From: Eledone cirrhosa
Taxonomy: Eukaryota
Length of the DNA: 64,000 nucleotides
Reading direction: 5' to 3'
Assembly (NCBI GenBank): GCA_964016885.1
Contig: OZ024740.1
Span: 38,564,001 to 38,628,000, forward strand
Part shown: one piece after another, positions 15,001 to 29,095 of the stretch
How the letters are laid out: each line of letters begins with the position of its first letter
Numbering within the stretch: position 1 is the first letter of the stretch
Translations under genes and position numbers: made by a program
Notes under the pieces: generated by a model
Database searches by the model: none
The model's input: only the letters and a program-made list of their open reading frames with translations
What the model was told of the DNA's origin: nothing

Positions 15001-18000
15001 TAGTACTGTAGGGTGGTATGTGATGGTATGTGTATGGGGTATAGTACTGTATGGTGGTATGTGATGGTATGTGTATGGGGTATAGTACTGTATGGTGGTA
15101 TGAGATAGTATGTGTATGGGGTATAGTACTGTATGGTGGTATGTGATGGTATGTGTATGGGGTATAGTACTGTATGGTGGTATGTGATGGTATGTGTATG
15201 AGGTGTAGTACTGTATGGTGGTATGTGATGGTATGTGTATGGGGTATATTACTGTATGGTGGTATGTGATGGTATGTGTATGGGGTATAGTACTGTATGG
15301 TGGTATGTGATGGTATGTGTATGAGGTGTAGTACTGTATGGTGGTATGTGATGGTATGTGTATGGGGTATAGTACTGTATGGTGGTATGTGATGGTATGT
15401 GTATGGGGTATAGTACTGTATGGTGGTATGCGATGGTACGTGTATGAGGTGTAGTACTGTATGGTGGTATGGGATGGTACGTGTATGGGGTATAGTACTG
15501 TATGGTGGTATGTGATGGTATGTGTATGGGGTATAGTACTGTATGGTGGTATGTGATGGTATGTGTATGGGGTATAGTACTGTATGGTGGTATGTGATGG
15601 TATGTGTATGAGGTGTAGTACTGTATGTTGGTATGTGATGGTATGTGTATGGGGTATAGTACTGTATGGTGGTATGTGATGGTATGTGTATGGGGTATAG
15701 TACTGTATGGTGGTATGTGATGGTACGTGTATGGGGTATAGTACTGTATGGTGGTATGTGATGGTATGTGTATGGGGTATAGTACTGTATGGCGGTATGT
15801 GATGGTATATGTATGGGGTATAGTACTGTATGGTGGTATGTGATGGTATGTGTATGAGGTGTAGTACTGTATGGTGGTATGTGATGGTATGTGTATGGGG
15901 TATAGTACTGTATGGTGGTATGTGATGGTATGTGTATGAGGTGTAGTACTGTATGGTGGTATGTGATGGTATGTGTATGGGGTATAGTACTGTATGGTGG
16001 TATGTGATGGTATGTGTATGAGGTGCAGTACTGTATTGTGGTATGTGATGGTATGTGTATGAGGTGTAGTACTGTATGGTGGTATGTGATGGTATGTATA
16101 TGGGGTATAGTACTGTATGGTGGTATGTGATGGTATGTGTATGAGGTGTAGTACTGTATGGTGGTATGTGATGGTATGTGTATGAGGTGTAGTACTGTAT
16201 GGTGGTATGTGATGGTTTGTGTATGGGGTATATTACTGTATGGTGCTATGCGATGGTACGTGTATTAGGTGTAGTACTGTATGGTGGTATGTGATGGTAT
16301 GTGTATGGGGTATAGTACTGTATGGTGGTATGTGATGGTATGTGTATGAGGTGTAGTACTGTATGGAGGTATGTGATGGTATGTGTATGAGGCGTAATAC
16401 TGTATGGTGGTATGTGATGGTATGTGTATGGAGTATAGTACTGTATGGTGGTATGTGATGGTGTGTGTATGAGGTGTAGTAGTGTATGGTGGTATGTGAT
16501 GGTGTGTGTATGAGGTGTAGTACTGTATGGTGGTATGTGAAGGTATGTATATGAGGTATAGTACTGTATGGTGGTATGTGATGGTATGTGTATGAGGTGT
16601 AGTACTGTATGGTGGTATGTGATGGTATGTGTATGGGGTATAGTACTTTATGGTGGTATGTGATGGTATGTGTATGGGGTATAGTACTGTATGGTGGTAT
16701 GTGATGGTATGTGTATGAGGTGTAGTACTGTATGGTGGTATGTGATTGTATGTGTATGAGGTGTAGTACTGTATGGTTGTATGTGATGGTATGTATATGG
16801 GGTATAGTACTGTATGGTGGTATGTGATGGTATGTGTATGGGGTATAGTACTGTATGGTGGTATGTGATGGTATGTGTATGAGGTGTAGTACTGTATGGT
16901 GGTATGTGATGGTATGTATATGAGGTGTAGTACTGTATGGTGGTATGTGATGGTATGTGTATGAGGTGTAGTACTGTATGGTGGTATTTGATGGTATGTG
17001 TATGAGGTATATTACTGTATGGTGGTATGTGATGGTATGTGATGGTATGTGTATGAGGTGTAGTACTGTATGGTGGTATGTGATGGTATGTGTATGGGGT
17101 ATAGTACTGTATGGCGGTATGTGATGGTATATGTATGGGGTATGCTACTGTATGGTGGTATGTGATGGTATGTGTATGGTGCATAGTACTGTATGGTGGT
17201 ATGTGATGGTGTGAGTATGGGGTATAGTACTGTATGGTGGTATGTGAAGGTATGTGTATGAGGTGTAGTACTGTATGGTGGTATGTGATGGTATGTGTAT
17301 GAGGAGTAGTACTGTATGGTGGTATGTGATGGTATGTGTATGGGGTATAGTACTGTATGATGGTATGTGATGGTATGTGTATGGGGTGTAGTACTGTATG
17401 GTGGTATGTGATGGTATGTGTATGGGGTATAGTACTGTATGGTGGTATGTGATGGTATGTGTATGGGGTATAGTACTGTATGGTGGTATGTGCTGGTATG
17501 TGTATGGGGTATAGTACTGTATGGTGGTATGTGATGGTATGTGTATGAGGTGTAGTACTGTATGGTGGTATGTGATGGTATGTGTATGGGGTATAGTACT
17601 GTATGGTGGTATGTGATGGTATGTGTATGGGGTATAGTACTGTATGGTGGTATGTGATGGTATGTGTATCAGGTGTAGTACTGTATGGTGGTATGTGATG
17701 GTATGTGTATGGGGTATAGTACTGTATGGTGGTATGTGATGGTATGTGTATGGGGTATACTACTGTATGGTGGTATGTGATGGTATGTGTATGGGGTATT
17801 GTACTGTATGGTGGTATTCAATGGTATGTGTATGAGGTGTAGTACTGTATGGTGGTATGTGATGGTATGTGTTTGGGGTATAGTACTGTATGGTGGTATG
17901 TGATGGTATGTGTATGAGGTGTAGTACTGTTTGGTGGTATGTGATGGTATGTGTATGGGGTATAGTACTGTATGGTGGTATGTGATGGTATGTGTATGAG

Positions 18001-21000
18001 GTGTAGTACTGTATGGTGGTATGTGATGGTATGTGTATGGAGTATAGTACTGTATGGTGGTATGTGATGGTATGTGTATGGGGTATAGTACTGTATGGTG
18101 GTATGTGATGGTATGTGTATGGGGTATAGTACTGTATGGTGGTATGTGATGGTATGTGTATGGGGTATAGTACTGTATGGTGGTATGTGATGGTGTGAGT
18201 ATGGGGTATAGTACTGTATGGTGGTATGTGAAGGTATGTGTATGAGGTGTAGTACTGTATGGTTTTATGTGATGGTATGTGTATGGGGTATAGTACTGTA
18301 TGGTGGTATGTGATGGTATGTGTATGGGGTATAGTACTGTATGGTGGTATGTGATGGTATGTGTATGAGGTGTAGTACTGTATGGTGGTATGTGATGGTA
18401 TGTGTATGGGGTATAGTACTGTATGGTGGTATGTGATGGTATGTGTATGAGGTGTAGTACTGTATGGTGGTATGTGATGGTATGTGTATGAGGTGCAGTA
18501 CTGTATTGTGGTATGTGATGGTATGTGTATGAGGTGTAGTACTGTATGGTGGTATGTGATGGTATGTGTATGGGGTATAGTACTGTATGGTGGTATGTGA
18601 TGGTATGTGTATGGGGTATAGTACTGTATGGTGGTATGTGATGGTATGTGTATGAGGTGTAGTACTGTATGGTGGTATGTGAAGGTATGTGTATGAGGTG
18701 TAGTACTGTATGGTGGTATGTGATGGTATGTGTATGAGGTGTAGTACTGTATGGTGGTATGTGTATGGTATGTGTATGAAGTGTAGTACTGTATGATGGT
18801 ATGTGTATGAGGTGTAGTACTGTATGGTGGTATGTCATGGTATGTGTATGGGGTATAGTACTGTATGGTGGAATGCGATGGTACGTGTATGAGTTGTAGT
18901 ACTGTATGGTGGTATGTGAAGGTATGTGTATGGGCTGTAGTACTGTATGGTGGTATGTGATGGTATGTGTATGGGGTATAGTACTGTATGGTGGTATGTG
19001 ATAGTATGTGTATGGGGTATAGTACTGTATGGTTGTATGTGATGGTATGTGTATGGGGTATAGGACTGTATGGTGGTATGTGATGGTATGTGTATGGGGT
19101 ATAGTACTGTATGGTGGTATGTGATGGTATGTGTATGGGGTATAGTACTGTATGGTGGTATGTGATGGTATGTGTATGAGGTGTAGTACTGTATGGTGGT
19201 ATGTGATGGTATGTGTATGGGGTATAGTTCTGTATGGTGGTATGTGATGGTATGTGTATGGGGTATAGTACTGTATGGTGGTATGAGATAGTATGTGTAT
19301 GGGGTATAGTACTGTATGGTGGTATGTGATGGTATGTGTATGGGGTATAGTACTGTATGGTGGTATGTGATGGTATGTGTATGAGGTGTATTACTGTATG
19401 GTGGTATGTGATGGTATGTGTATGGGGTATAGTACTGTATGGTGGTATGTGATGGTATGTGTATGGGGTATAGTACTGTATGGTGGTATGCGATGGTACG
19501 TGTATGAGGTGTAGTACTGTATGGTGGTATGGGATGGTACGTGTATGGGGTATATTACTGTATGGTGGTATGTGATGGTATGTGTATGGGGTATAGTACT
19601 GTATGGTGGTATGTGATGGTATGTGTATGGGGTGTAGTACTGTATGGTGGTATGTGATGGTATGTGTATGGGGTATAGTACTGTATGGTGGTATGTGATG
19701 GTATGTGTATGGGGTATAGTACTGTATGGTGGTATGTGATGGTATGTGTATGGGGTGTAGTACTGTATGGTGGTATGTGATGGTATGTGTATGGGGTGTA
19801 GTACTGTATGGTGGTATGTGATGGTATGTGTATGGGGTATAGTACTGTATGGTGGTATGTGATGGTATGTGTATGGGGTATAGTACTGTATGGTGGTATG
19901 TGATGGTATGTGTATGAGGTGTAGTACTGTATGGTGGTATGTGATGGTATGTGTATGGGGTATAGTACTGTATGGTGGTATGTGATGGTATGTGTATGAG
20001 GTATAGTACTGTATGGTGGTATGTGATGGTATGTGTATGGGGTATAGTACTGTATGGTGGTATGTGATGGTATGTGTATGGGGTATACTACTGTATGGTG
20101 GTATGTGATGGTATGTGTATGGGGTATTGTACTGTATGGTGGTTTTCAATGGTATGTGTATGAGGTGTAGTACTGTATGGTGGTATGTGATGGTATGTGT
20201 TTGGGGTATAGTACTGTATGGTGGTATGTGATGGTATGTGTATGAGGTGTAGTACTGTTTGGTGGTATGTGATGGTATGTGTATGGGGTATAGTACTGTA
20301 TGGTGGTATGTGATGGTATGTGTATGAGGTGTAGTACTGTATGGTGGTATGTGATGGTATGTGTATGGGGTATAGTACTGTATGGTGGTATGTGATGGTA
20401 TGTGTATGGGGTATAGTACTGTATGGTGGTATGTGATGGTACGTGTATGGGGTATAGTACTGTATGGTGGTATGTGATGGTATGCGTATGAGGTGTAGTA
20501 CTGTATGGTGGTATGTGATGGTATGTGTATGGGGTATAATACTGTATGGTGGTATGTGATGGTATGTGTATGGGGTATAGTACTGTATGGTGGTATGTAA
20601 TGGTATGTGTATGGGGTATAGTACTGTATGGTGGTATGTGTATGGGGTTTAGTACTGTATGGTGGTATGCGATGGTACGTGTATGGGGTATGGTGGTATG
20701 TGATGGTATGTGTATGAGGTGTAGTACTGTATGGTGGTATGTGATGGTATGTGTATGAGGTGTAGTACTGTATGGTGGTATGTGAAGGTATGTATATGAG
20801 GTATAGTACTGTATGTTGGTATGTGATGGTATGTGTATGAGGTGTAGTACTGTATGGTGGTATGTGATGGTATGTGTATGGGGTATAGTACTGTATGGTG
20901 GTATGTGATGGTATGTGTATGGGGTATAGTACTGTATGGTGGTATGTGATGGTATGTGTATGAGGTGTAGTACTGTATGGTGGTATGTGATGGTATGTGT

Positions 21001-24000
21001 ATGGGGTATAGTACTGTATGGTGGTATGTGATGGTATGTGTATGGGGTATAGTACTGTATGGTGGTATGTGATGGTATTTTTATGAGGTGTAGTACTGTA
21101 TGGTGGTATGTGATGGTATGTATATGAGGTGTAGTACTGTATGGTGGTATGTGATGGTATGTGTATGAGGTGTAGTACTGTATGGTGGTATGTGATGGTA
21201 TGTGTATGAGGTGTAGTACTGTATGGTGGTATGTGATGGTATGTGTATGGGGTATATTACTGTATGGTGGTATGTGATGGTATGTGTATGGGGTATACTA
21301 CTGTATGGTGGTATGTGATGGTATGTGTATGGGGTATAGTACTGTATGGTGGTATGTGATGGTATTTTTATGAGGTGTAGTACTGTATGGTGGTATGTGA
21401 TGGTATGTATATGAGGTGTAGTACTGTATGGTGGTATGTGATGGTATGTGTATGAGGTGTAGTACTGTATGGTGGTATGTGATGGTATGTGTATGGGGTA
21501 TAGTACTGTATGGTGGTATGTGATGGTATGTGTATGGGGTATAGTACTGTATGGTGGTATGTGATGGTATTTTTATGAGGTGTAGTACTGTATGGTGGTA
21601 TGTGATGGTATGTATATGAGGTGTAGTACTGTATGGTGGTATGTGATGGTATGTGTATGAGGTGTAGTACTGTATGGTGGTATGTGATGGTATGTGTATG
21701 AGGTGTAGTACTGTATGGTGGTATGTGATGGTATGTGTATGGGGTATATTACTGTATGGTGGTATGTGATGGTATGTGTATGGGGTATACTACTGTATGG
21801 TGGTATGTGATGGTATGTGTATGGGGCACAGTACTGTATGGTGGTATGTGATGGTGTGAGTATGGGGTATAGTACTGTATGATGGTATGTGAAGGTATGT
21901 GTATGAGGTGTAGTACTGTATGGTGGTGTGTGATGGTATGTGTATGGGGTATAGTACTGTATGGTGGTATGTGATGGTATGTGTATGCGGTATAGTACTG
22001 TATGGTGGTATGTGATGGTATGTGTATGGGGTATAGTACTGTATGGTGGTATGTGATGGTATGTGTATGGGGTATACTACTGTATGGTGGTATGTGATGG
22101 TATGTGTATGGGGTATAGTACTGTATGGTGGTATGTGATGGTATGTGTATGAGGTGTAGTACTGTATGGTGGTATGTGATGGTATGTGTATGGGGTATAG
22201 TACTGTATGGTGGTATGTGATGGTATGTGTATGGGGCATAGTACTGTATGGTGGTATGTGATGGTATGTGTATGAGGTGTAGTACTGTATGATGGTATAT
22301 GATGGTATGTGTATGGGGTATAGTACTGTATGGTGGTATGTGATGGTATGTGTATGGGGTATAGTACTGTATGGTGGTATGTGATGGTATGTGTATGGGG
22401 TATAGTACTGTATGGTGGTATGTGATGGTATGTGTATGAGGTGTAGTACTGTATGGTGGTATGTGATGGTATGTGTATGGGGTATATTACTGTATGGTGG
22501 TATGCGATGGTACGTGTATGAGGTGTAGTACTGTATGGTGGTATGTGATGGTATGTGTATGGGGTATAGTACTGTATGGTGGTATGTGATGGTATGTGTT
22601 TGGGGTATAGTACTGTATAGTGGTATGTGATGGTATGTGTATGAGGTGTAGTACTGTATGGTGGTATGTGATGGTATGTGTATGGGGTATAGTACTGTAT
22701 GGTGGTATGTGATGGTACGTGTATGGGGTATAGTACTGTATGGTGGTATGTGATGGTATGTTTATGAGGTGTAGTACTGTATGGTGGTATGTGATGGTAT
22801 GTGTATGGGGTATAATACTGTACGGTGGTATGTGATGGTATGTGTATGGGGTATAGTACTGTATGGTGGTATGGGATGGTATGTGTATGAGGTGTAGTAC
22901 TGTATGGTGGTATGTGTATGAGGTGTAGTACTGTATGATGGTATGTGATGGTATGTGTATGAGGTGTAGTACTGTATGGTGGTATGTGATGGTATGTGTA
23001 TGGGGTATAGTACTGTATGGTGGTATGTGATGGTATGTGTATGAGGTGTAGTACTGTATGGTGGTATGTGTATGGTATGTGTATGAGGTGTAGTACTGTA
23101 TGATGGTATGTGATGGTATGTGTATGAGGTGTAGTACTCTATGGTGGTATGTGATGGTATGTGTATGGGGTATAGTACTGTATGGTGGTATGTGATGGTA
23201 TGTGTATGGGGTATAGTACTGTATGGTGGTATGTGTATGGTATGTGTATGGGGTGTAGTACTGTATGGTGGTATGTGTATGGTATGTGTATGGGGTGTAG
23301 TACTGTATGGTGGTATGTGATGGTATGTGTATGGGGTGTAGTACTGTATGGTGGTATGTGATGGTATGTGTATGGGGTGTAGTACTGTATGGTGGTATGT
23401 GTATGGTATGTGTATGGGGTGTAGTACTGTATGGTGGTATGTGATGGTATGTGTATGGGGTGTAGTACTGTATGGTGGTATGTGTATGGTATGTGTATGG
23501 GGTGTAGTACTGTATGGTGGTATGTGATGGTATGTGTATGGGGTGTAGTACTGTATGGTGGTATGTGATGGTATGTGTATGGGGTATAGTACTGTATGGT
23601 GGTATGTGTATGGTATGTGTATGGGGTATAGTACTGTATGGTGGTATGTGTATGGTATGTGTATGGGGTGTAGTACTGTATGGTGGTATGTGATGGTATG
23701 TGTATGGGGTGTAGTACTGTATGGTGGTATGCGATGGTACGTGTATGAGGTGTAGTACTGTATGGTGGTATGTGATGGTATGTGTATGGGGTATAATACT
23801 GTATGGTGGTATGCGATGGTATGTGTATGAGGTGTAGTACTGTATGGTGGTATCTGATGGTATGTGTTTGGGGTATAGTACTGTATGGTGGTATGTGATG
23901 GTATGTGTATGAGGTGTATTACTGTTTGGTGGTATGTGATGGTATGTGTATGGTGTATAGTACTGTATGGTGATATGTGATGGTACATGTATGGGGTATA

Positions 24001-26818
24001 GTACTGTATGGTGGTATGTGATGGTATGTGTATGAGGTGTAGTACTGTATGGTGGTATGTGATGGTATGTGTATGGGGTATAGTACTGTATGGTGGTATG
24101 TGATGGTATGTGTATGGGGTATAGTACTGTATGGTGGTATGTGATGGTACGTGTATGGGGTATAGTACTGTATGGTGGTATGTGATGGTATGTGTATGAG
24201 GTGTAGTACTGTATGGTGGTATGTGATGGTATATGTATGGGGTATAATACTGTATGGTGGTATGTGATGGTATGTGTATGGGGTATAGTACTGTATGGTG
24301 GTATGTGTATGGGGTATAGTACTGTATGGTGGTATGTGATGGTATGTGTGTGGGGTATAGTACTGTATGGTGGTATGTGATGGTATGTGTATGAGGTGTA
24401 GTACTGTATGGTGGTATGTGATGGTACGTGTATGGGTATAGTACTGTATGGTGGTATGTGTATGGGGTATAGTACTGTATGGTGGTATGCGATGGTACGT
24501 GTATGGGGTATAGTACTGTATGGTGGTATGTGATGGTATGTGTATGACGTGTAGTACTGTATGGTGGTATGTGATGGTATGTGTATGGGGTATAGTACTG
24601 TATGGTGGTATGCGATGGTACGTGTATGGGGTATAGTACTGTATGGTGGTATGTGATGGTATGTGTATGGGGTATAGTACTGTATGGTGGTATGTAATGG
24701 TATGTGTATGGGGTATAGTACTGTATGGTGGTATGTGATGGTATGTGTATGAGGTGTAGTACTGTATGGTGGTATGTGATGGTATGTGTATGGGATATAG
24801 TACTGTATGGTGGTATGTGATGGTATGTGTATGGGGTATAGTACTGTATGGTGGTATGTGATGGTATGTGTATTAGGTGTTGTACTGTATGGTGGTATGT
24901 GATGGTATGTGTATGGGGTATAGTAGTGTATGGTGGTATGCAATGGTACGTGTATGGGGTATAGTACTGTATGGTGGTATGTAATGGTATGTGTATGGGG
25001 TGTAGTACTGTATGGTGGTATGTGATGGTATGTGTATGGGGTATAGTACTGTATGGTGGTATGTGATGGTATGTGTATGGGGTGTAGTACTGTATGGTGG
25101 TATGTGATGGTATGTGTATGAGGTGTAGTACTGTATGGTGGTATTTGATGGTATGTGTATGGGGTATAGTAGTGTATGGTGGTATGCAATGGTACGTGTA
25201 TGGGGTATAGTACTGTATGGTGGTATGTAATGGTATGTGTATGGGGTGTAGTACTGTATGGTGGTATGTGATGGTATGTGTATGGGGTATAGTACTGTAT
25301 GGTGGTATGTGATGGTATGTGTATGGGGTGTAGTACTGTATGGTGGTATGTGATGGTATGTGTATGAGGTGTAGTACTGTATGGTGGTATTTGATGGTAT
25401 GTGTATGGGGTATAGTACTGTACGGTGGTATGCGATTGTACGTGTATGAGGTGTAGTACTGTATGGTGGTATGTGATGGTATGTGTATGGGGTATAGTAC
25501 TGTATGGTGGTATGTGATGGTATGTGTATGGGGTATAGTACTGTATGGTGGTATGTGATGGTATGTGTATGAGGTGTAGTACTGTATGGTGGTATTTGAT
25601 GGTATGTGTATGGGGTATAGTACTGTATGGTGGTATGTGATGGTATGTGTATGGGGTATAGTACTGTATAGTGGTATGTGATGGTATGTGTATGGGGTGT
25701 AGTACTGTATGGTGGTATGTGATGGTATGTGTATGGGGTATAGTACTGTATGGTGGTATGTGATGGTATGTGTATGGGGTGTAGTACTGTATGGTGGTAT
25801 GTGATGGTATGTGTATGAGGTGTAGTACTGTATGGTGGTATTTGATGGTATGTGTATGGGGTATAGTACTGTACGGTGGTATGCGATTGTACGTGTATGA
25901 GGTGTAGTACTGTATGGTGGTATGTGATGGTATGTGTATGGGGTATAGTACTGTATGGTGGTATGTGATGGTATGTGTATGGGGTATAGTACTGTATGGT
26001 GGTATGTGATGGTATGTGTATGAGGTGTAGTACTGTATGGTGGTATTTGATGGTATGTGTATGGGGTATAGTACTGTATGGTGGTATGTGATGGTATGTG
26101 TATGGGGTATAGTACTGTATGGTGGTATGTGATGGTATGTGTATGGGGTATAGTACTGTATAGTGGTATGTGATGGTATGTGTATGGGGTATAGTACTGT
26201 ATGGTGGTATGTGATGGTATGTGTATGAGGTGTAGTACTGTATGGTGGTATGTGATGGTATGTGTATGGGGTTTAGTACTGTATGGTGGTATGTGATGTT
26301 ATATGTATGGGGTATAGTACTGTTTGGTGGTATTTGATGGTATGTGTATGAAATGTAGTACTGTATGGGGGTATGTGATGGTATGTGATGGTATGTGTAT
26401 GAGATGTAGTACTGTATGGTGGTATGTGATGGTATGTGTATGGGTTATAGTACTGTATGGTGGTATGTAATGGTATGTGTATGGGGTATAGTACTGTATG
26501 GTGGTATGTGATGGTATGTGTATGGGGTATAGTACTGTATGTTGGTATGTGATGGTATATGTATGGGGTATAGTACTGTTTGGTGGTATTTGATGGTATG
26601 TGTATGAAATGTAGTACTGTATGGTGGTATGTGATGGTATGTGATGGTATGTGTATGAGATGTAGTACTGTATGGTGGTATGTGATGGTATGTGTATGGG
26701 GTATAGTACTGTATGGTGGTATGTGAAGGTATGTGTATGAGGTGTAGTACTGTATGGTGGTATGTGATGGTATAGTACTGTATGGTGGTATATGTAAGAG
26801 GAGTAAGATACTGTATGG
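1..26818. repeat. 41-bp satellite array, ~650 units, running off the left edge; consensus GGTATAGTACTGTATGGTGGTATGTGATGGTATGTGTATGG
   Basis: Direct 41-nt periodicity. Two main variants (GGGGTATAG / GAGGTGTAG), plus 31- and 42-bp indel variants. The array decays at ~26770-26818. Confidence 0.99.
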
Positions 26819-27061
26819 TAACAAAGTATGGATGATAAATGAAGAAGATTTTCAGTGACTGAAGAGAAATATGTTGAGTATTATTTATTGGATATACAAC
26901 ATTAATTAATATGATAGTTGAGTGGAGGTGATTTGGTTTAGCATCAGAGGTTATTAATTGCGGGAGAGCAACAATTGGTATGGTTTAGTCATTACCTAGT
27001 GATATAGTGGTGTGTGTTGTTGAACAAGAACTCACCATGAACTAGCTACAATAAGAAGAAC

Positions 27062-27220
27062 CAGGGTTTCCCAAACTTTTTCAAATGCGGAACCCTCTTT
27101 GGTTCAGAATTCGGGGGAAACCCCAAAGTCTGTTATAAGGTCGTAATATAAATATACTTCTCTGCCTTTTTCCATGGAACCCCAGGCACTCATTTGCGGA
27201 ACCCACTTTGGGAACCACTG
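27062..27220. mobile_element. hAT/Charlie-like MITE, copy 1
   Basis: TIRs CAGGGTTTCCCAAA ... TTTGGGAACCACTG and internal GGAACCC repeats. Homologous to 37138-37297. No TSD is preserved. Confidence 0.75.
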
Positions 27221-27516
27221 GTTTAGACATTACTGAGTGAAATAGTGTTGTGAATTGTTGAGCAAGAACTCACCAAGAAAGTTCTGGAAAGATATTGGTG
27301 AGAATAGATCTGAGAGAACCCCTAGCTTTCATAGAATAGACTTATTTTCAGCTATCCAGAGACCCTAAATAAAGATGATCAAAGATAGGCCAAATCATGT
27401 CAGTATGGAAAAACAAACCTATCACTAAAGCAATGGTGATTTTACCTTTATTTATAACCATAGTACTTCTTTTTTTTTTTACTGGCTTAATGACAAGAGA
27501 AAGGGCAGCACTGCAG

Positions 27517-27660
27517 GGCCAGGTGGTGGTGTTAAACTGGGTGACAGATTAAATCTACCACCCAGGGACCAGTTAGTGATGTTAAACTGGGTGACAGATT
27601 AAATCTACCACCCAAGGGCCAGGTGGTGGTATTAAACTGGATGACAGACTAAGTCTACCA
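27517..27660. repeat. 49-bp tandem repeat x3
   Basis: Three copies of GGGCCAGGTGGTGGTGTTAAACTGGGTGACAGATTAAATCTACCACCCA with few changes. Confidence 0.9.
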
Positions 27661-28329
27661 CTGACAATGATGCTTACCAATCTAAACATTCTTCTTATTT
27701 TAAGTATGATATCTCCTGTAAAGTGTATCAACAGTATATCAAATAAAATTGTTTAGTCTGCTCCTGCTTAAATATATTACTAAAAGTCTATTTCAATGAG
27801 CCAGGTTAGCCGACAATCTTTATAACTAAAAAATGTTATGACCACAAAATAATATATTTTCCATGATCTGTAAACTTGCTAATGTTCAAGCAGTCAACTA
27901 CTTAGTTAACCAACTAACCAGTTAGGCTATTTAGTGAGTTAGCTAGTTAATCACATGTTAATATGTCAACCAGCAAGTTACTGATATAATTGGGATGAGG
28001 TGATGGTAATTGATAGTTTATTTAGCGAAGAGCAAGGGAAGCTATAAATTTGAAGTATAGATCCTTCAAAATATCACTGAAATTGACCTTATGGAAGAAG
28101 TGGATATGATTCATAGGAAGTGTAAGCTTGATTGGTAACAGGCACTCCTTCTAGGCAGTTTCTCTCTATGGTTCTTTCATAAAATATATTTTAATTTATG
28201 GCTTAGCCAGAAGAGGAAAGGCAGTACTCATGACACATTTTATGGGGCTGGTGTGGGTAAAGAGAAAAAGTTATCTGTAGATTATTAGAACTGACCCAAC
28301 TACTAACGGATTAGATGTTGCTAAATTTC

Positions 28330-29095
28330 ATCAAGGGCTTGGTGACAGTGTTAAATCAAGTAACAGATTAAGTCTATCCTCCTCTTCTCTCCCAAAATCT
28401 CCTCAAAGGCTAGTTAACAGGGTTAAATCAAGGGTTAAGTCTACCACCTAGGGTTAAATCAAGAGACAGACTAAGATTTGGGGGAAGGGGATAGCCCCTT
28501 CCCCCAAATCTCCTGAAGGGCTTGGTAACAGTGTTGAATTAAGAGACAGGCTAAGTCTATCCCCATCCCACCAAATCTCTTCAAAGGCTATGTGACAGTG
28601 TTAAATCAAGTAACAGTTTAAGCCTATCCTCTGCGTCTCCCCCAAAATTTCCTCAAGAGCTAAGTGACAGGGTTAAATCCAGTGACTAAGTCTATCCACT
28701 CCCCACAAAATTTCCTTAACTGCTTGGTCACAGTGTTAAATCAAGTGACAGATTAAACCTTTAGCATTTAAACAGGCTATATCCGACCAGAATTCTCTCA
28801 CCTCTATCTGTTTAAACCGGCAACCAGCTGTAACTGGCTGTTGATACTGATGTTATGGTATTGTTCTCAAAATATATAACATCAAAATCTTATAGATTCG
28901 ATATTATGTGAGATAATAATGTAAGATAAATCCTTTACCACAAAAATACAATAGTATATATAGAGTAACGTAAATACTAAAGGGTTAAGTCTATCTTTCC
29001 CCCCACCCCTACCCCACCCGAAAAATCCCCATGGTCTGGTTGACAGTGTTAAATCAAGTGACAGATTAAGTCTATCTCCTTCCTCTCCCCACAAA
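28330..29095. repeat. Degenerate ~70-75-bp tandem repeat interrupted by a MITE
   Basis: Recurrent GTGACAGTGTTAAATCAAGTGACAGATTAAGTCTATC core followed by a C-rich segment ending in CCAAAATCTCC. Confidence 0.85.
28757..28984 (-). mobile_element. piggyBac-like MITE with TTAA TSD, inverted relative to the copies at 35103 and 36592
   Basis: TTAA|ACCTTTAGCATTTA ... TAAATACTAAAGGG|TTAA. It splits the host unit GACAGATTAA|GTCTATC exactly at TTAA. Confidence 0.9.

Noticed and set aside
1-26818. Telomere or CRISPR interpretation of the arrays
   Set aside because: There is no TTAGGG-type short unit, no unique spacers between repeats and no cas genes. The context is a spliced eukaryotic gene.
927-26824. 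Long His/Tyr/Pro/Thr-rich minus-strand ORFs of up to 1229 aa
   Set aside because: These are translations of the 41-bp satellite. All three frames give the same 41-aa cycle, and stops are absent only because the strand has almost no G and no TAA. Indels of 10 and 1 bp show no frame constraint.
27678-27715. Possible 38-bp exon (AG...GTAAGC) as the next SLC6 exon
   Set aside because: It has a stop codon in the frame required after the phase-2 donor and no TM7 similarity.
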